From NCBI GenBank assembly GCA_963667725.2, contig CAXXHO010000003.1:1440001-1504000 (forward strand): a DNA stretch of 64,000 bases, written 5' to 3'. How positions within the stretch are numbered: position 1 is the stretch's first letter; every line of letters begins with the position of its first letter. Positions 29,948 to 40,100 of the stretch are shown here, one piece after another. The stretch is from Treponemataceae bacterium (GTDB lineage Bacteria; Spirochaetota; Spirochaetia; Treponematales; Rectinemataceae). The translations under genes were made by a program, and so were the position numbers. A model generated the notes under the pieces. The model searched no databases, was not told the DNA's origin, and saw nothing but the letters and a program-made list of their open reading frames with translations.

Positions 29948-30825
29948 GTCTTGCTCCCCGAATAGACGCCCGCGCCCTGGAGGAAATACTTTGACATGGA
30001 GAAGAAGAGTATGAATACAGGCAGGGCAGCGATCACCGCCACGGCCATCATGGTGCCTTCGTCCGCTGTTAGATCGGCCGTATAACGTACGATGTAGGAG
30101 GGAATCGTCTTGAGCTTGTCCGACTGCGTTATGAGGAGGGGCCAGAGAAGGTTGTCCCATTGGCCTCTGAACGCGAGAATCGCGAGGGTCGCGATCGCCG
30201 GCCGGGCGTTCTTGAACACTATGCTGCGAAAAATCCGCGGTTCGGAACAGCCGTCTATCCTCGCCGCATCCAGAAGCTCATCGGGGAAACCGAGCAGGTA
30301 CTGCCGCATCAGGAAAACGCCGAAGGCGCTGGTTAGAAAGGGCAGAATGAGGCCGGCGTAGCTGTCCTGAAGGCCGAGTTTGACCGCGGTCAGGTAGAGG
30401 GGGATCATGACAGCCTCGAAAGGAATCATCATGGTGGACATTATGCCCATGAAAACGATGTTCCTGCCCCTGAACTTAAATTTAGCGAGTCCATATCCCA
30501 CGCAGGAAGCGAGCGTGATCGAGGAGAGAGCGACCGTGGTGGCCACGATGAAGGAATTCAGGATGTTCCGGAGATATATCCAGTCGCCGTCGCTTCCCTG
30601 GAGAGCGCGCGCATAATTTGACCAGAGGGGTTTCGCGGGAATCCAGCGGTAGGGAATCGACGTGACGTCGGAACCCGGCATGAGAGAGGCTCCCGCCATA
30701 AAAGCGAAGGGAATGATGGCGATGCACGATACCGCCACGAGGATGGCCATCGCGAGGAAATTCCCTGCGCGATGCGCGGTGATGTGTCCCGGAACGCGGT
30801 GGAGGCTTGGGTTTGTTTTCTTCAC
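29944..30825 (-). CDS. Carbohydrate ABC transporter permease (MalG-like)
   Basis: EAA loop ELLDAARIDGCS; GTG start overlapping the upstream stop. Confidence 0.9.
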   Translation of the reverse strand: MKKTNPSLHRVPGHITAHRAGNFLAMAILVAVSCIAIIPFAFMAGASLMPGSDVTSIPYRWIPAKPLWSNYARALQGSDGDWIYLRNILNSFIVATTVALSSITLASCVGYGLAKFKFRGRNIVFMGIMSTMMIPFEAVMIPLYLTAVKLGLQDSYAGLILPFLTSAFGVFLMRQYLLGFPDELLDAARIDGCSEPRIFRSIVFKNARPAIATLAILAFRGQWDNLLWPLLITQSDKLKTIPSYIVRYTADLTADEGTMMAVAVIAALPVFILFFSMSKYFLQGAGVYSGSKT

Positions 30826-31730
30826 ATATCCTCCCCGGAGCCGCCGGCGCGAACCTGCAGCCAGGCGAGGATGAGGAGCGTGACGAAGAGCAGGAGGCTC
30901 ATCACGCTGGCCCTGCCCAGATTCTGCTCGATGATGGCCGTATCGTAGATATTGAGCGTCAGCACGTTGATGGGCGCCAATGGAGCCCCCCTCTGGGTGA
31001 ACAGGTACTGGGTGGAAAAAGTCTTGAGGCTGCCGGTAAATATCATGACCGACACTAAAGCCATCGTCGGTTTCAGAAGGGGAATCGTTATACGCGTCAG
31101 CCGCTGCCAGGCGTTGGCTCCGTCTATGACCGAAGCCTCGATGACGGACAGGGGTATTTTGCCTATGCCAGTGACAAAAAGAATGCAGTAGTAGCCGACG
31201 GTTTTCCATATGTATACGAGCATCGTGGATATCTGGACCATGGCGGCGTCAGCCAGCCAGCGATGGTCGATTCCGGGCGTCCCCATGATCCCGTTCAAAA
31301 ATTGATTGGCCAGGCCGCGAGGGTCGAACATGATGGCCCATACGCTCGCGGTGACGACTGAGGAAAGGACGGCCGGGGAATACAGAGCCATCTGGAAGAC
31401 TCGCCTTCCCTTGGTGCGAGTAGCGATGAGAACACCCAGAAGGAGTGAGGCCACGAATATGGGCACAAAAACGCCCAGGCAGAAGGTGGCCGAGGCGCGC
31501 ACGGAATTCCAGAAGTCGGGCGACGTGAGCACCTTCGCGTAGTTCTGGAAGCCTATGAATTTCGGGGGTTTCAGCGAGAGCAGCCTTTTATTGTGGAAGG
31601 AAGTCCAGATCGCGTAGAGGATGGGGTAAAGCGAGAAGGTCGAGAAAAAAAGAACGCCAGGAGCGGCGAATACCCACCCCCAGCTGTTTCTTTTCGTTTC
31701 AAGGGATTTCTTGGCATGGGTGACTGACAT
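30822..31730 (-). CDS. Carbohydrate ABC transporter permease (MalF-like)
   Basis: EASVIDGANAWQRLTRITIPLL. Confidence 0.92.
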   Translation of the reverse strand: MSVTHAKKSLETKRNSWGWVFAAPGVLFFSTFSLYPILYAIWTSFHNKRLLSLKPPKFIGFQNYAKVLTSPDFWNSVRASATFCLGVFVPIFVASLLLGVLIATRTKGRRVFQMALYSPAVLSSVVTASVWAIMFDPRGLANQFLNGIMGTPGIDHRWLADAAMVQISTMLVYIWKTVGYYCILFVTGIGKIPLSVIEASVIDGANAWQRLTRITIPLLKPTMALVSVMIFTGSLKTFSTQYLFTQRGAPLAPINVLTLNIYDTAIIEQNLGRASVMSLLLFVTLLILAWLQVRAGGSGEDM

Positions 31731-31822
31731 CTATGGATTCCTGTGAAAGGCCGGAAATTAAAGGCCGATACCGCAGGGCATCGGCCTCGATCGGAATTTC
31801 AGCTGAGAAAAGGGGGCCGAAA

Positions 31823-33127
31823 TCAGTCGGCTTCGTCCAAAACCGCCTGAGCGCTCTTGCGCAGTTTGTCGAGAGCGTCCTTGGGTTCAACGCCGGCGAG
31901 CATGACGCTTTCGAAGGCTGCCTTGAGGAGGGCGTTCAGGCGCGAGCTGCCCTTTCCGATATAGACAATCTTGGCGGCATCGAAGTCCTTCATGAAGACA
32001 TCCGAATAAGGCATTGCCTTGAGGACAGCGGATTCATTGAGCTTCTGGGTCGGCTGGACAACGGCGACCTTTTCGAGGTACTGGTCCCCATGACCGAGCA
32101 TATAGTCGAGGAGGATCCAACTGGCTTCCTGCTTGAGTTTGTCGGACTGGACGTTGACCATGTAATAGTGGCCGGAATAGTTAGCGGTGACACGCTTTTT
32201 CGCGTCCTTCCACTGAGGGAAGGGCACCACCATCCAATCTTTCGAACTATAGAAGGCCGGGTTGGAAGCCTTCATTCTCGCTTCCTGATAAAGACCTGAG
32301 AAAGACATGGCGATAAGGCCGGTGTTCTTGTCGAATTCCGTCCTGGCCGCCGTGTAGGTCGGCGATCCGAGATTCTTGGCGCCGGGACCGAAATCCTTCA
32401 CGTACTGGAGAACCTTTAGCCAGGCGGCGTCGCCGACGATAGCTGTCTTCCCGTCTTTCGACACGAGTTCGCCGCCGAGCTGCTCGACCATCGGGACAAA
32501 GGTGTTGGGATAGGCGTCGTAACGGAAGTCGAACCCGCGACGGGTGATGATCTGTCCATTGCGCTTTACGAGTTTTTCGGAGAGCGCCATCACGTCTTCC
32601 CAGGTTTTCGGGGCGTCCTTATCGGGATCAAGGCCGGCCTCGATGAACATTTTCCTATTCACGTAAAGACACATATTGGTCAGTTCCAGGGGCAATCCAT
32701 ATATTTCGTCATCGCGGGAAACGGCGGCGAGCATGCCAGGCAGATAGGCGGCTTCCAGAGCCGAAGCATCCTTGTAGCCTATGGCCTTGTAGTTGACGGG
32801 CGTGATTCTGCCGTTATCGAGAAAGGAAATGGCGCTGGTGATCGCCACGTTGAAAATATCGGGACCCTGGTTGGCGGCAAAAGCCGTCGTGAGCGTTTCC
32901 AGGATTTTCCCCGAAGGATAGCTGGAGTAATTCACCTTGATGCCGGGATTCGCGGCCATGAACTCCGCGATGAATTTCTTTTCGAGAGGTCCGCGGTTCG
33001 CGTCGTCATGGGTCCACATGTTGATCTCGATATTTTTCCCTTTCAGTCCGGGAACCACCGGGGCCTGCGCAAAGGCAACCGAAGCCGCAATTGCCGCCAA
33101 AACGATAGAAACTATCACCTTCTTCAT
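31823..33127 (-). CDS. Carbohydrate ABC transporter substrate-binding protein
   Basis: Signal peptide MKKVIVSIVLAAIAASVAFA; GPDIF, IYGLP and PKTWED; GGAGG RBS. Confidence 0.9.
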   Translation of the reverse strand: MKKVIVSIVLAAIAASVAFAQAPVVPGLKGKNIEINMWTHDDANRGPLEKKFIAEFMAANPGIKVNYSSYPSGKILETLTTAFAANQGPDIFNVAITSAISFLDNGRITPVNYKAIGYKDASALEAAYLPGMLAAVSRDDEIYGLPLELTNMCLYVNRKMFIEAGLDPDKDAPKTWEDVMALSEKLVKRNGQIITRRGFDFRYDAYPNTFVPMVEQLGGELVSKDGKTAIVGDAAWLKVLQYVKDFGPGAKNLGSPTYTAARTEFDKNTGLIAMSFSGLYQEARMKASNPAFYSSKDWMVVPFPQWKDAKKRVTANYSGHYYMVNVQSDKLKQEASWILLDYMLGHGDQYLEKVAVVQPTQKLNESAVLKAMPYSDVFMKDFDAAKIVYIGKGSSRLNALLKAAFESVMLAGVEPKDALDKLRKSAQAVLDEAD

Positions 33128-33322
33128 CTGCGTCCCTCCAGGTAAGCATATCGGGATATGACATATCGCGCGATTCGCCATAGTGTAGCCCGGTTTCCGC
33201 GGCCGCACAAGAATTTTTTCAATGCAAAAACCTTCATGAATCGAAATTTCAGGGATGTTTTTATCCACGGCTTTCTCCTGGAGACTGCCCCGATCGAGCG
33301 CTTTATGCTAGCATAGCCGTGT

Positions 33323-34465
33323 ATGCCGAATGCTAAAAAGGTTCCCCGGGGGACTCCTCGCGAGAGCCCCAGTTCGCTCGATACGCTCATCGACGAAGCC
33401 TTGCTCGACAGGACTTTTCCCGGCATCGCCTGCGGACTGTGGATCGATGGACGGCAAGAATATGTCAGGTACGCGGGATTCAGCGATCCGGACGAAGACG
33501 AGATTGACGGAAATGCCCCAATCTCCGAAAATACCTTGTTCGACGCGGCTTCGCTCACAAAACCCCTCGCGACCTCGCTGCTCGTACTGAAGGCTTGCGA
33601 GGCGGGCGCCATCGACCTGAACGGAACCTTGGGGCAGTACCTTCCCCGCGAGAATCCCCTGGCGAGGGATATTCCCATCCACAGCCTACTGACGCACACG
33701 AGCGGATTGCCCGCCATCCCCGCCATCGAACGTCGCTTCCCCTCGCCGCTTTTAATCGATAGGGAGGCGGCCGTTTCGGAGCTTTACTCTATCCAGCCTG
33801 AGAAAGGCCACGGGGAGGCCGTCGTATATTCCTGCACGGGGTATTTACTTCTTGGCCTTATCCTGGAGAGGATATCTGGAAGGCTCTTGGGCGACCTTTA
33901 TGGAACCGAAGTCGCCGAGCCCCTGCATCTGCCGCGAGCAGCCTTCGCCCCCGGCATCGGTCCCGACGGCGAACCTCTTGGCATCGGGGGCGCCGCAGCG
34001 ACCGAATACTGCGATTGGAGGAAAAAGCGGGTGCGCGGCCAAGTCCACGACGAGAGCGCCTATTGTTTTGGCGGTCACGCAGGCAACGCCGGTCTCTTCG
34101 TCTCGCTCGAGGACGTGTTCAGGACAGCCTCCATCCTGCTGGAAGGTGGCGTCTCGGAAGGAAAGCGGTTCCTCGGAGAGAACTTTATCCGCGATCTCAC
34201 CGAGGATAAAACACCCAACCTCGGAGAGCGGCGCTCTTTCGGCTTCAGGATGAAGGAGCCTGGTACCTTCACGGGTCCGCTATGGCCCAGCTCGTCCTTC
34301 GGGCATACGGGATTCACGGGAACGAGTCTCGCCGTCTCGCCGCGGCAAGGCCTGACCGCGATCATCCTCACGAACCGCGTGTATTATGGCAGAAATGATA
34401 CGACACAAAAAATCGCCGATTTCCGGACGAGGTTCCACACGATCGCGTTCAGGAGTTTTTGTTGA
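33323..34465 (+). CDS. Serine hydrolase, beta-lactamase class C-like family
   Basis: ASLTK (SxxK), LLTHTSGL, YSC and FGHTGFTG; no signal peptide. Confidence 0.88.
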   Translation: MPNAKKVPRGTPRESPSSLDTLIDEALLDRTFPGIACGLWIDGRQEYVRYAGFSDPDEDEIDGNAPISENTLFDAASLTKPLATSLLVLKACEAGAIDLNGTLGQYLPRENPLARDIPIHSLLTHTSGLPAIPAIERRFPSPLLIDREAAVSELYSIQPEKGHGEAVVYSCTGYLLLGLILERISGRLLGDLYGTEVAEPLHLPRAAFAPGIGPDGEPLGIGGAAATEYCDWRKKRVRGQVHDESAYCFGGHAGNAGLFVSLEDVFRTASILLEGGVSEGKRFLGENFIRDLTEDKTPNLGERRSFGFRMKEPGTFTGPLWPSSSFGHTGFTGTSLAVSPRQGLTAIILTNRVYYGRNDTTQKIADFRTRFHTIAFRSFC

Positions 34466-34489
34466 CGTATTCTAGATTCCTTAATTTCT

Positions 34490-34630
34490 TACATATATGA
34501 AACTATAATATATTATAAATACACATTTGTAACAAAATTTATTCAATAAAATTCTATAATATCAATTTTAGTATACATATTTTTGACAAATACATAATTA
34601 CCTACATATTATGTTCTTTTACTTACATAT
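34490..34630 (+). repeat. Six TACATAT-like direct repeats in an AT-rich island upstream of amtB
   Basis: TACATAT at 34490, 34574, 34603, 34624; TACACAT at 34520; TACATAA at 34591. Confidence 0.6.
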
Positions 34631-34667
34631 TTGTACTATTAAATTTAAAATGCTACTTTATTTATTT

Positions 34668-34684
34668 TTGGCATGTTTCCTGCT
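34668..34684 (+). promoter_or_regulatory. Sigma54 (-24/-12) promoter of amtB-glnK
   Basis: TTGGCATGTTTCCTGCT with GG-N10-GC spacing, 33 bp before the ATG. Confidence 0.75.
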
Positions 34685-34717
34685 AGTTAAAAGCAACACT
34701 GCTCAGGAGGAAACATA

Positions 34718-36037
34718 ATGCGCAAAAAGAGCGTCATGCTCATCGTGCTCGGAGCCTGCGTCCTTGCCCGAGTCGCCGCGGAGGAGACTGTCGCGGGCCT
34801 GGCTTCGGCTATCGATATGCTATGGCTCATCATCACCGGTTCTCTGGTCTTCTTCATGCAAGCAGGATTCGCCTTCGTCGAAACCGGCCTGACGCGCGCC
34901 AAGAACGCGACGAACATCCTCATGAAGAACCTGATGGATTTCTGCTTCGGTTCCATCGTTTTCTGGATGATCGGCTGGGGATTCATGTACGGCGCCGACA
35001 AGCTGGGCGGCTTCGTCGGTTTCTCGGAATTCTTCAAGGGACCTATGGGAGACCCCACCTTCTACCGGAACTGGTTTTTCCAGGTAGTCTTCGCGGCCAC
35101 GTCGGCCACGATCGTCTCCGGCGCCATGGCCGAACGGACGAAGTTCAAATCCTACCTCATCTATACCTGTTTCATCTCCGCCTTCATCTATCCCGTCTCC
35201 GGCCATTGGATATGGGGCGGTGGATGGCTCGCCAAGCTCGGTTTCCACGATTTTGCCGGCTCTAGCGTCGTTCATTCCGTCGGAGGCTGGGCGGCATTCG
35301 TTGGAGCCGCCATCCTCGGCCCAAGAACCGGCAAATACGTCAGGTGCAACGGAAAAGTCAGCGTCAAGGCTTTCCCTGGCCATAATATCGGCTGGGCTTT
35401 CCTCGGCGTCTTCATCCTCTGGTTCGGCTGGTATGGCTTCAATCCCGGGTCTACCCTTTCGGGCATGAGCGCCGACATCGGAAGAATCGCCGTCACGACA
35501 ACCTTGGGAGGATCGGCGGGAGCCGTGGCCGCTCTAGTCTTCTCCTGGATTTGGTTCAAGAAGCCCGACGCGTCCATGACGCTGAACGGCTGCCTCGCCG
35601 GCCTCGTCGCAATAACCGCGCCCTGCGCCGTCGTCTCCCCTGGCGACGCCATCGTCATCGGCCTGATCGCCGGCGTCCTCGTCGTCCTGGCCGTCGAGTT
35701 CATCGACAAGGTGCTCAAGATCGACGATCCCGTGGGCGCCTCCTCCGTCCACATGGTGAACGGAATCTTCGGAACCCTCGCCGTCGGCATTTGGGGCAAT
35801 GTGGACGGGGTGGCCGTCGGACTGCTTTACGGCGGCGGCCTTCATCAGCTGGGCATCCAGGCCCTGGGCGCTTTTTCCGTGGCCGCCTGGGCAGGACTGA
35901 CCAGCGTCGCCCTCTTCTTCGCCATCAAGAAAACGGTCGGCCTCAGGGTTACGGCCAAGGAAGAACTCATGGGGCTCGACCTCGGCGAGCACAAGTCCGA
36001 AGCCTATCCCGGCTTCCAGTTCTTCAGCAATCTTTAA
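34718..36037 (+). CDS. amtB: Ammonium transporter
   Basis: [28 protein letters not shown] and [10 protein letters not shown]. Confidence 0.96.
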   Translation: MRKKSVMLIVLGACVLARVAAEETVAGLASAIDMLWLIITGSLVFFMQAGFAFVETGLTRAKNATNILMKNLMDFCFGSIVFWMIGWGFMYGADKLGGFVGFSEFFKGPMGDPTFYRNWFFQVVFAATSATIVSGAMAERTKFKSYLIYTCFISAFIYPVSGHWIWGGGWLAKLGFHDFAGSSVVHSVGGWAAFVGAAILGPRTGKYVRCNGKVSVKAFPGHNIGWAFLGVFILWFGWYGFNPGSTLSGMSADIGRIAVTTTLGGSAGAVAALVFSWIWFKKPDASMTLNGCLAGLVAITAPCAVVSPGDAIVIGLIAGVLVVLAVEFIDKVLKIDDPVGASSVHMVNGIFGTLAVGIWGNVDGVAVGLLYGGGLHQLGIQALGAFSVAAWAGLTSVALFFAIKKTVGLRVTAKEELMGLDLGEHKSEAYPGFQFFSNL

Positions 36038-36047
36038 GGAGGACGCT

Positions 36048-36389
36048 ATGAAGATGATAATCGCCTATATTCAGCCCCACCAGCTCAACGAGGTGAAGCA
36101 GGAACTCTATAAGTCCGAGATCTACAAGATCTCGGTGTCGAACGCCATGGGCTGCGGACAGCAGAAAGGCTACAGCGAGATTTATAGAGGAGTCGACATC
36201 GAGGTCAATCTGCTCAAGAAAGTGAGGATCGAGATCGGCGTCAACGACAATTTCGTGAAGCCGACGGTGGATGCGATAATCAAGGGGGCGCAGACGGGAG
36301 AAATCGGGGATGGGAAGATATTCATCCTGCCCATGGATGAGTGCATCAGGATAAGAACAGGGGAGACAGGTTCCGAAGCGATCGGCTGA
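36048..36389 (+). CDS. glnK: P-II nitrogen regulatory protein
   Basis: T-loop EIYRG and [10 protein letters not shown]; directly downstream of amtB. Confidence 0.92.
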   Translation: MKMIIAYIQPHQLNEVKQELYKSEIYKISVSNAMGCGQQKGYSEIYRGVDIEVNLLKKVRIEIGVNDNFVKPTVDAIIKGAQTGEIGDGKIFILPMDECIRIRTGETGSEAIG

Positions 36390-36422
36390 AAGAGAGAGGT
36401 GGCCCCGACAGCCTCCAAGCCC

Positions 36423-37481
36423 TCAGTTCAAGGCTTCGAACAGCTTCTGGGCGAAAACAGCCGATGTTTCCCTGGGGCAGAGGTAGGCCACGGCGCTGGG
36501 ATCATCGCAGTCCAGTTCGATCACGTCTAGTCCTATGGTCCGCACTGATTCACGAGCCAGGACGACGCCTTTCGCGCCGGCAGCCGCGGAAAAGACCGCC
36601 GTCACGCGAAGCTTGTTACCTGGCCCGGAGCAAGTAGCGAGCCCGAGGAAATTAGGAACCTCGGCACCCTGGGATGCCGGTCCGATGAGGGTGCCTTCGC
36701 CCTCGTCGAAGGTGGAACGCACGCGCATTCTCAGGCCGCTGGCCTTGGCCAGCAGGGCGGACTTGTCGTGCAGCACTCTCGCGCCATGATTCGCCAGCCT
36801 GAACATGGAGTCGTAGTCGAGAAAATGCATGAAGGGGACGCCCTTAACGAGCCGAGGATCCGCCTTGGCCACGCCGGGGACATCCTTGTAGATATCGACG
36901 AAATCGGCCCCGAGCGCCGCCCCTATCGCGACGGCGCTTGTGTCGCTCCCGCCGCGGCCGAGGGTGAGTATGTCGCCCACGGCGTCGACGCCCTGGAAGC
37001 CCGTCACGACAGGAACCTTCCCGGCCGCCAGAACAGCTCTGAGGCGCGCCGGATCGATCGCGGCAGGCGCCGCGTCCCCGAAGGGGCCACTGGCCGCGAT
37101 GCCGGCAGAGTGCGCCGTCATGGGAACGGCCCCGATGCCCATGGAATTGAGGAGGGCCGCTATCACGCAGGCCGAGATCACTTCTCCGCAGGAGACCAGT
37201 AGGTCGCTGGTGAGCCCATCCATGCCGCCAGCCGCATCGGCGGCGACGACCGGGCCGGCCGAGCCTACGCCGCCCGCTGTGCCTGCACCGCCGGAATATT
37301 CTCCCAGCAGATCAAGGAGCGTATCGGTGGCGTAGGGATCTCCCCTCCGCCCCATCGCGGAAACGACGAGGACGATTTCGTCCCCGGCGTCCCGCGCCGC
37401 GCCGACTTTTTTCGCGAGCATTTCTCTCGCGGCGGGATCAGCCAGCGACGTTCCGCCGAATTTCTGAACAATCAAAGCCAT
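36423..37481 (-). CDS. Aspartate kinase, DapG-like, with short divergent C-terminus
   Basis: VQKFGGTS, VVSAMGRRGDPYATDTL, TLGRGGSDTSA and ADPR. Confidence 0.88.
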   Translation of the reverse strand: MALIVQKFGGTSLADPAAREMLAKKVGAARDAGDEIVLVVSAMGRRGDPYATDTLLDLLGEYSGGAGTAGGVGSAGPVVAADAAGGMDGLTSDLLVSCGEVISACVIAALLNSMGIGAVPMTAHSAGIAASGPFGDAAPAAIDPARLRAVLAAGKVPVVTGFQGVDAVGDILTLGRGGSDTSAVAIGAALGADFVDIYKDVPGVAKADPRLVKGVPFMHFLDYDSMFRLANHGARVLHDKSALLAKASGLRMRVRSTFDEGEGTLIGPASQGAEVPNFLGLATCSGPGNKLRVTAVFSAAAGAKGVVLARESVRTIGLDVIELDCDDPSAVAYLCPRETSAVFAQKLFEALN

Positions 37482-38504
37482 CTATAATTTCCTTGGTTCG
37501 AGTCCCCGCGCCGCGAGGGTTTCGGCGATCTGGACGGCGTTGAGGGCGGCGCCCTTCCTGAGGTTGTCCGACACCACCCAGAGATTCAGTCCGTTGGGCA
37601 CCGTCGGGTCCCTGCGGATCCTGCCGATAAAGACCTCATCCCGGCCTTCGCAGTCCAGGGCCGTAGGATACACCAGGTTCGCCGGATCGTCCATCACGAG
37701 CACCCCGGGCGCCTTCTTCAAAAGCGCCACCACCTCGGCCAGCTCGAAAGGCTTCTCCGTCTCGATGTTGATCGACTCCGAATGCCCTCTCGTCACCCCG
37801 ATCCGCACCGCCGTCGGACTCACCAGAATGTTCGGGTCCAGCATCTTGTGCGTCTCGTGCACCATCTTCATCTCTTCTTTCGTGTAGCCGTTGTCCAGGA
37901 ACACGTCGATGTGCGGCAGGGCGTTGAAGAGTATCTGTCTCGGATAGACCGCCACCGTGAGGGGCTTGCCCTCGGTGAATTCCTTCGCTTGGTTCCGCAG
38001 CTCGGCTATGGCCGCCGCTCCCGTGCCCGAAACCGCCTGATAGGTCGCGACGACGATCCGCTTGATCTTGTAGGCATCGTGGATGGGCTTGGCCGCCACG
38101 AGCATCTGGATGGTCGAGCAGTTGGGGTTGGCGATGATGCCTTTGTGCCAGGCAAGGTCCTGGGGATTGACTTCGGGGATGACGAGGGGGACCTTGGGGT
38201 CCATGCGCCACTGGCTGGAGTTGTCGATGACGATGGCGCCTTCAGAGGCCGCCGCCGGAGCGAGGATTTCGCTGGCTTCGGCGCCCGCAGAGAAGAGGGC
38301 GATGTCGACATCGCCGAAGGCGCCCGGCTTGGCCGCCCTCACCGTCTTTTCCACGCCCTTGAAGGTCACTTTCTTTCCGGCCATGGCCTCGACGTCCATG
38401 GGGATGATCTCCGAGACCGGAAAGTCCCTCTGCTCGAGGGTTTTCAGCATTTCCGTGCCCACGGCGCCCAGGGCGCCCACCACCGCGACTCTATAGGATT
38501 TCAT
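37482..38504 (-). CDS. asd: Aspartate-semialdehyde dehydrogenase
   Basis: VVGALGAVG, IIANPNCSTIQ and SDNLRKGAALNAVQIAE. Confidence 0.96.
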   Translation of the reverse strand: MKSYRVAVVGALGAVGTEMLKTLEQRDFPVSEIIPMDVEAMAGKKVTFKGVEKTVRAAKPGAFGDVDIALFSAGAEASEILAPAAASEGAIVIDNSSQWRMDPKVPLVIPEVNPQDLAWHKGIIANPNCSTIQMLVAAKPIHDAYKIKRIVVATYQAVSGTGAAAIAELRNQAKEFTEGKPLTVAVYPRQILFNALPHIDVFLDNGYTKEEMKMVHETHKMLDPNILVSPTAVRIGVTRGHSESINIETEKPFELAEVVALLKKAPGVLVMDDPANLVYPTALDCEGRDEVFIGRIRRDPTVPNGLNLWVVSDNLRKGAALNAVQIAETLAARGLEPRKL

Positions 38505-39003
38505 GATTCCTCCGAATGCTTATGACATTTTCCACGAATTCTTTCGGGAACTCCGCCGTCACGACGGCCGTCCTGTTGTTCCGCGCGGGATTGATCGCCG
38601 CGATCACCACGCCGGGACAGACAACCTGCCCCTGACGGTCCACCATTTCCACTTTCTGTCCCTTCACCGGAAGCGGCAGGTATTCCCAGGGGAAGCGAAT
38701 CCTCGCCATGTCGCCATCGACGCTTTTGATCGTTATGGCGAGTCCGGGACAGGCAGGGATGCAGAGCCCGCAGAGGATGCATTTTCCCCTGTCGATGACG
38801 GGCAGGTTCGTTATGGGGGAGCCCACCGTAAGCGCGTTCTGCGGGCAGCTTGTCTCGCAGGGGTTGCAGGGAATTTCCTCGACGCATTCGATGCAGAGAC
38901 AGGCTTTCTCCTCCAGGTCCGCGAGGGTGGTCAGCATGCCGGCGGCGCGCAGCTCTTCAAGAGAAGGCGCTCCCGTCGTTTTCAGCGATTGATTGTCACT
39001 CAT
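38491..39003 (-). CDS. 4Fe-4S dicluster protein (oxidase/dehydrogenase subunit)
   Basis: ECVEEIPCNPCETSCP and CILCGLCIPACPG. Confidence 0.87.
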   Translation of the reverse strand: MSDNQSLKTTGAPSLEELRAAGMLTTLADLEEKACLCIECVEEIPCNPCETSCPQNALTVGSPITNLPVIDRGKCILCGLCIPACPGLAITIKSVDGDMARIRFPWEYLPLPVKGQKVEMVDRQGQVVCPGVVIAAINPARNNRTAVVTAEFPKEFVENVISIRRNHEIL

Positions 39004-40100
39004 TGGGCCGCTCCCTTCTCAAGAATCCTCTGTTTCGCGGCAAAGCGTTTCTGCCCGAATACGCCCTGCCTGAGGGAACTCAGACGTTGTACGGTTTCTT
39101 CCGTCCTGGCCTTCATCGTGGCTTCGTCCAGATATCCCATGGCATATGCCGCGTGGATGCCCGCGAGCCTTCCTTCTTCCATGGCCGTGCTAGCTTCCTC
39201 AACGCCCGCTATGTCGCCTACCACGTAGATAGATTCATCGCTGGAGCGCATGTACCGATCGTGGCCCGGCATATTGCCGCCGAGCTCCGGAATGTATATT
39301 TCCTTGCATCCCGCTATGCATGCCAGTTCTATGGAAGGCGTGAGGCCGACGGCGAGGCAGATGGTGTCCACTTCGAGGGTCTCTTCCGTTCCCGGTATGG
39401 GCTGGAAACGCGAGTCGATCTTCGCGATGATCGCGCGCTCAACGCTTTCCTTGCCCTCGGCGCGAAGGATTGTCGTGGCGCAGCGGAAGGGCACGCCGGC
39501 GCGGGCCACTTTGGCCGTGTGGACGCCGTAACCGCCTAACTTGGGAAGGGCTTCCACCACCGCCACCACCTCGGCTCCTGCCTGCATAAGCTGATAGGCC
39601 ACGATGACGCCGACGTTGCCCGATCCTATCATGAGCACCCGTTTTCCGGGCAGGACGCGATGCACGTTAATGAGGGTCTGGGCGCAGCCGGCCGTCATGA
39701 CGCCAGGCAAGGTCCAGCCGGGAAAGCTGAGGGCGTTCTCGGTCGCCCCCGTGGCGAGGATGAGTTTCGAGGCTTCTATCGTGTATGAGCGATTTCGGTT
39801 TTCCACCGCCCACACTTTCAGTCCGCTTTCTATGCCCACGACTTCCGTCTTGAGCCGCACATCGATGCCCAGGTTGAGCGATTCGGTCAGGAGTTCCTTC
39901 CCGATCTCGAAACCCCTGGTGCCGGCCTTGTGCTCGCGGGAACCGAAAAACTTGTGTATCTGCTTGAAGAGCTGTCCGCCCGGCTTGGAGTTTTCATCCA
40001 TCAATATCACCGGAGCGCCGGCTTTTTTCAGTTCTATCGCCGCGCAGAGCCCGGCCGGCCCGGCGCCGACCACTATGGCGGGTTTCCTGTCAGTTTCCAT
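39000..40100 (-). CDS. FAD/NAD(P)-dependent oxidoreductase, sarcosine-oxidase alpha/HcnB/OoxA-like subunit
   Basis: VGAGPAG, PGGQLFKQIH, ATGATE, FPGWTLPGV and GSGNVG. Confidence 0.87.
   Translation of the reverse strand: METDRKPAIVVGAGPAGLCAAIELKKAGAPVILMDENSKPGGQLFKQIHKFFGSREHKAGTRGFEIGKELLTESLNLGIDVRLKTEVVGIESGLKVWAVENRNRSYTIEASKLILATGATENALSFPGWTLPGVMTAGCAQTLINVHRVLPGKRVLMIGSGNVGVIVAYQLMQAGAEVVAVVEALPKLGGYGVHTAKVARAGVPFRCATTILRAEGKESVERAIIAKIDSRFQPIPGTEETLEVDTICLAVGLTPSIELACIAGCKEIYIPELGGNMPGHDRYMRSSDESIYVVGDIAGVEEASTAMEEGRLAGIHAAYAMGYLDEATMKARTEETVQRLSSLRQGVFGQKRFAAKQRILEKGAAQ

Noticed and set aside
33323..34465. Antibiotic-resistance beta-lactamase
   Set aside because: No signal peptide; motifs fit the broad esterase/amidase family
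34481..34670. CRISPR array or replication origin in the AT island
   Set aside because: Repeats are 7 bp and irregularly spaced; no cas, dnaA or rep genes, and no DnaA-box cluster seen
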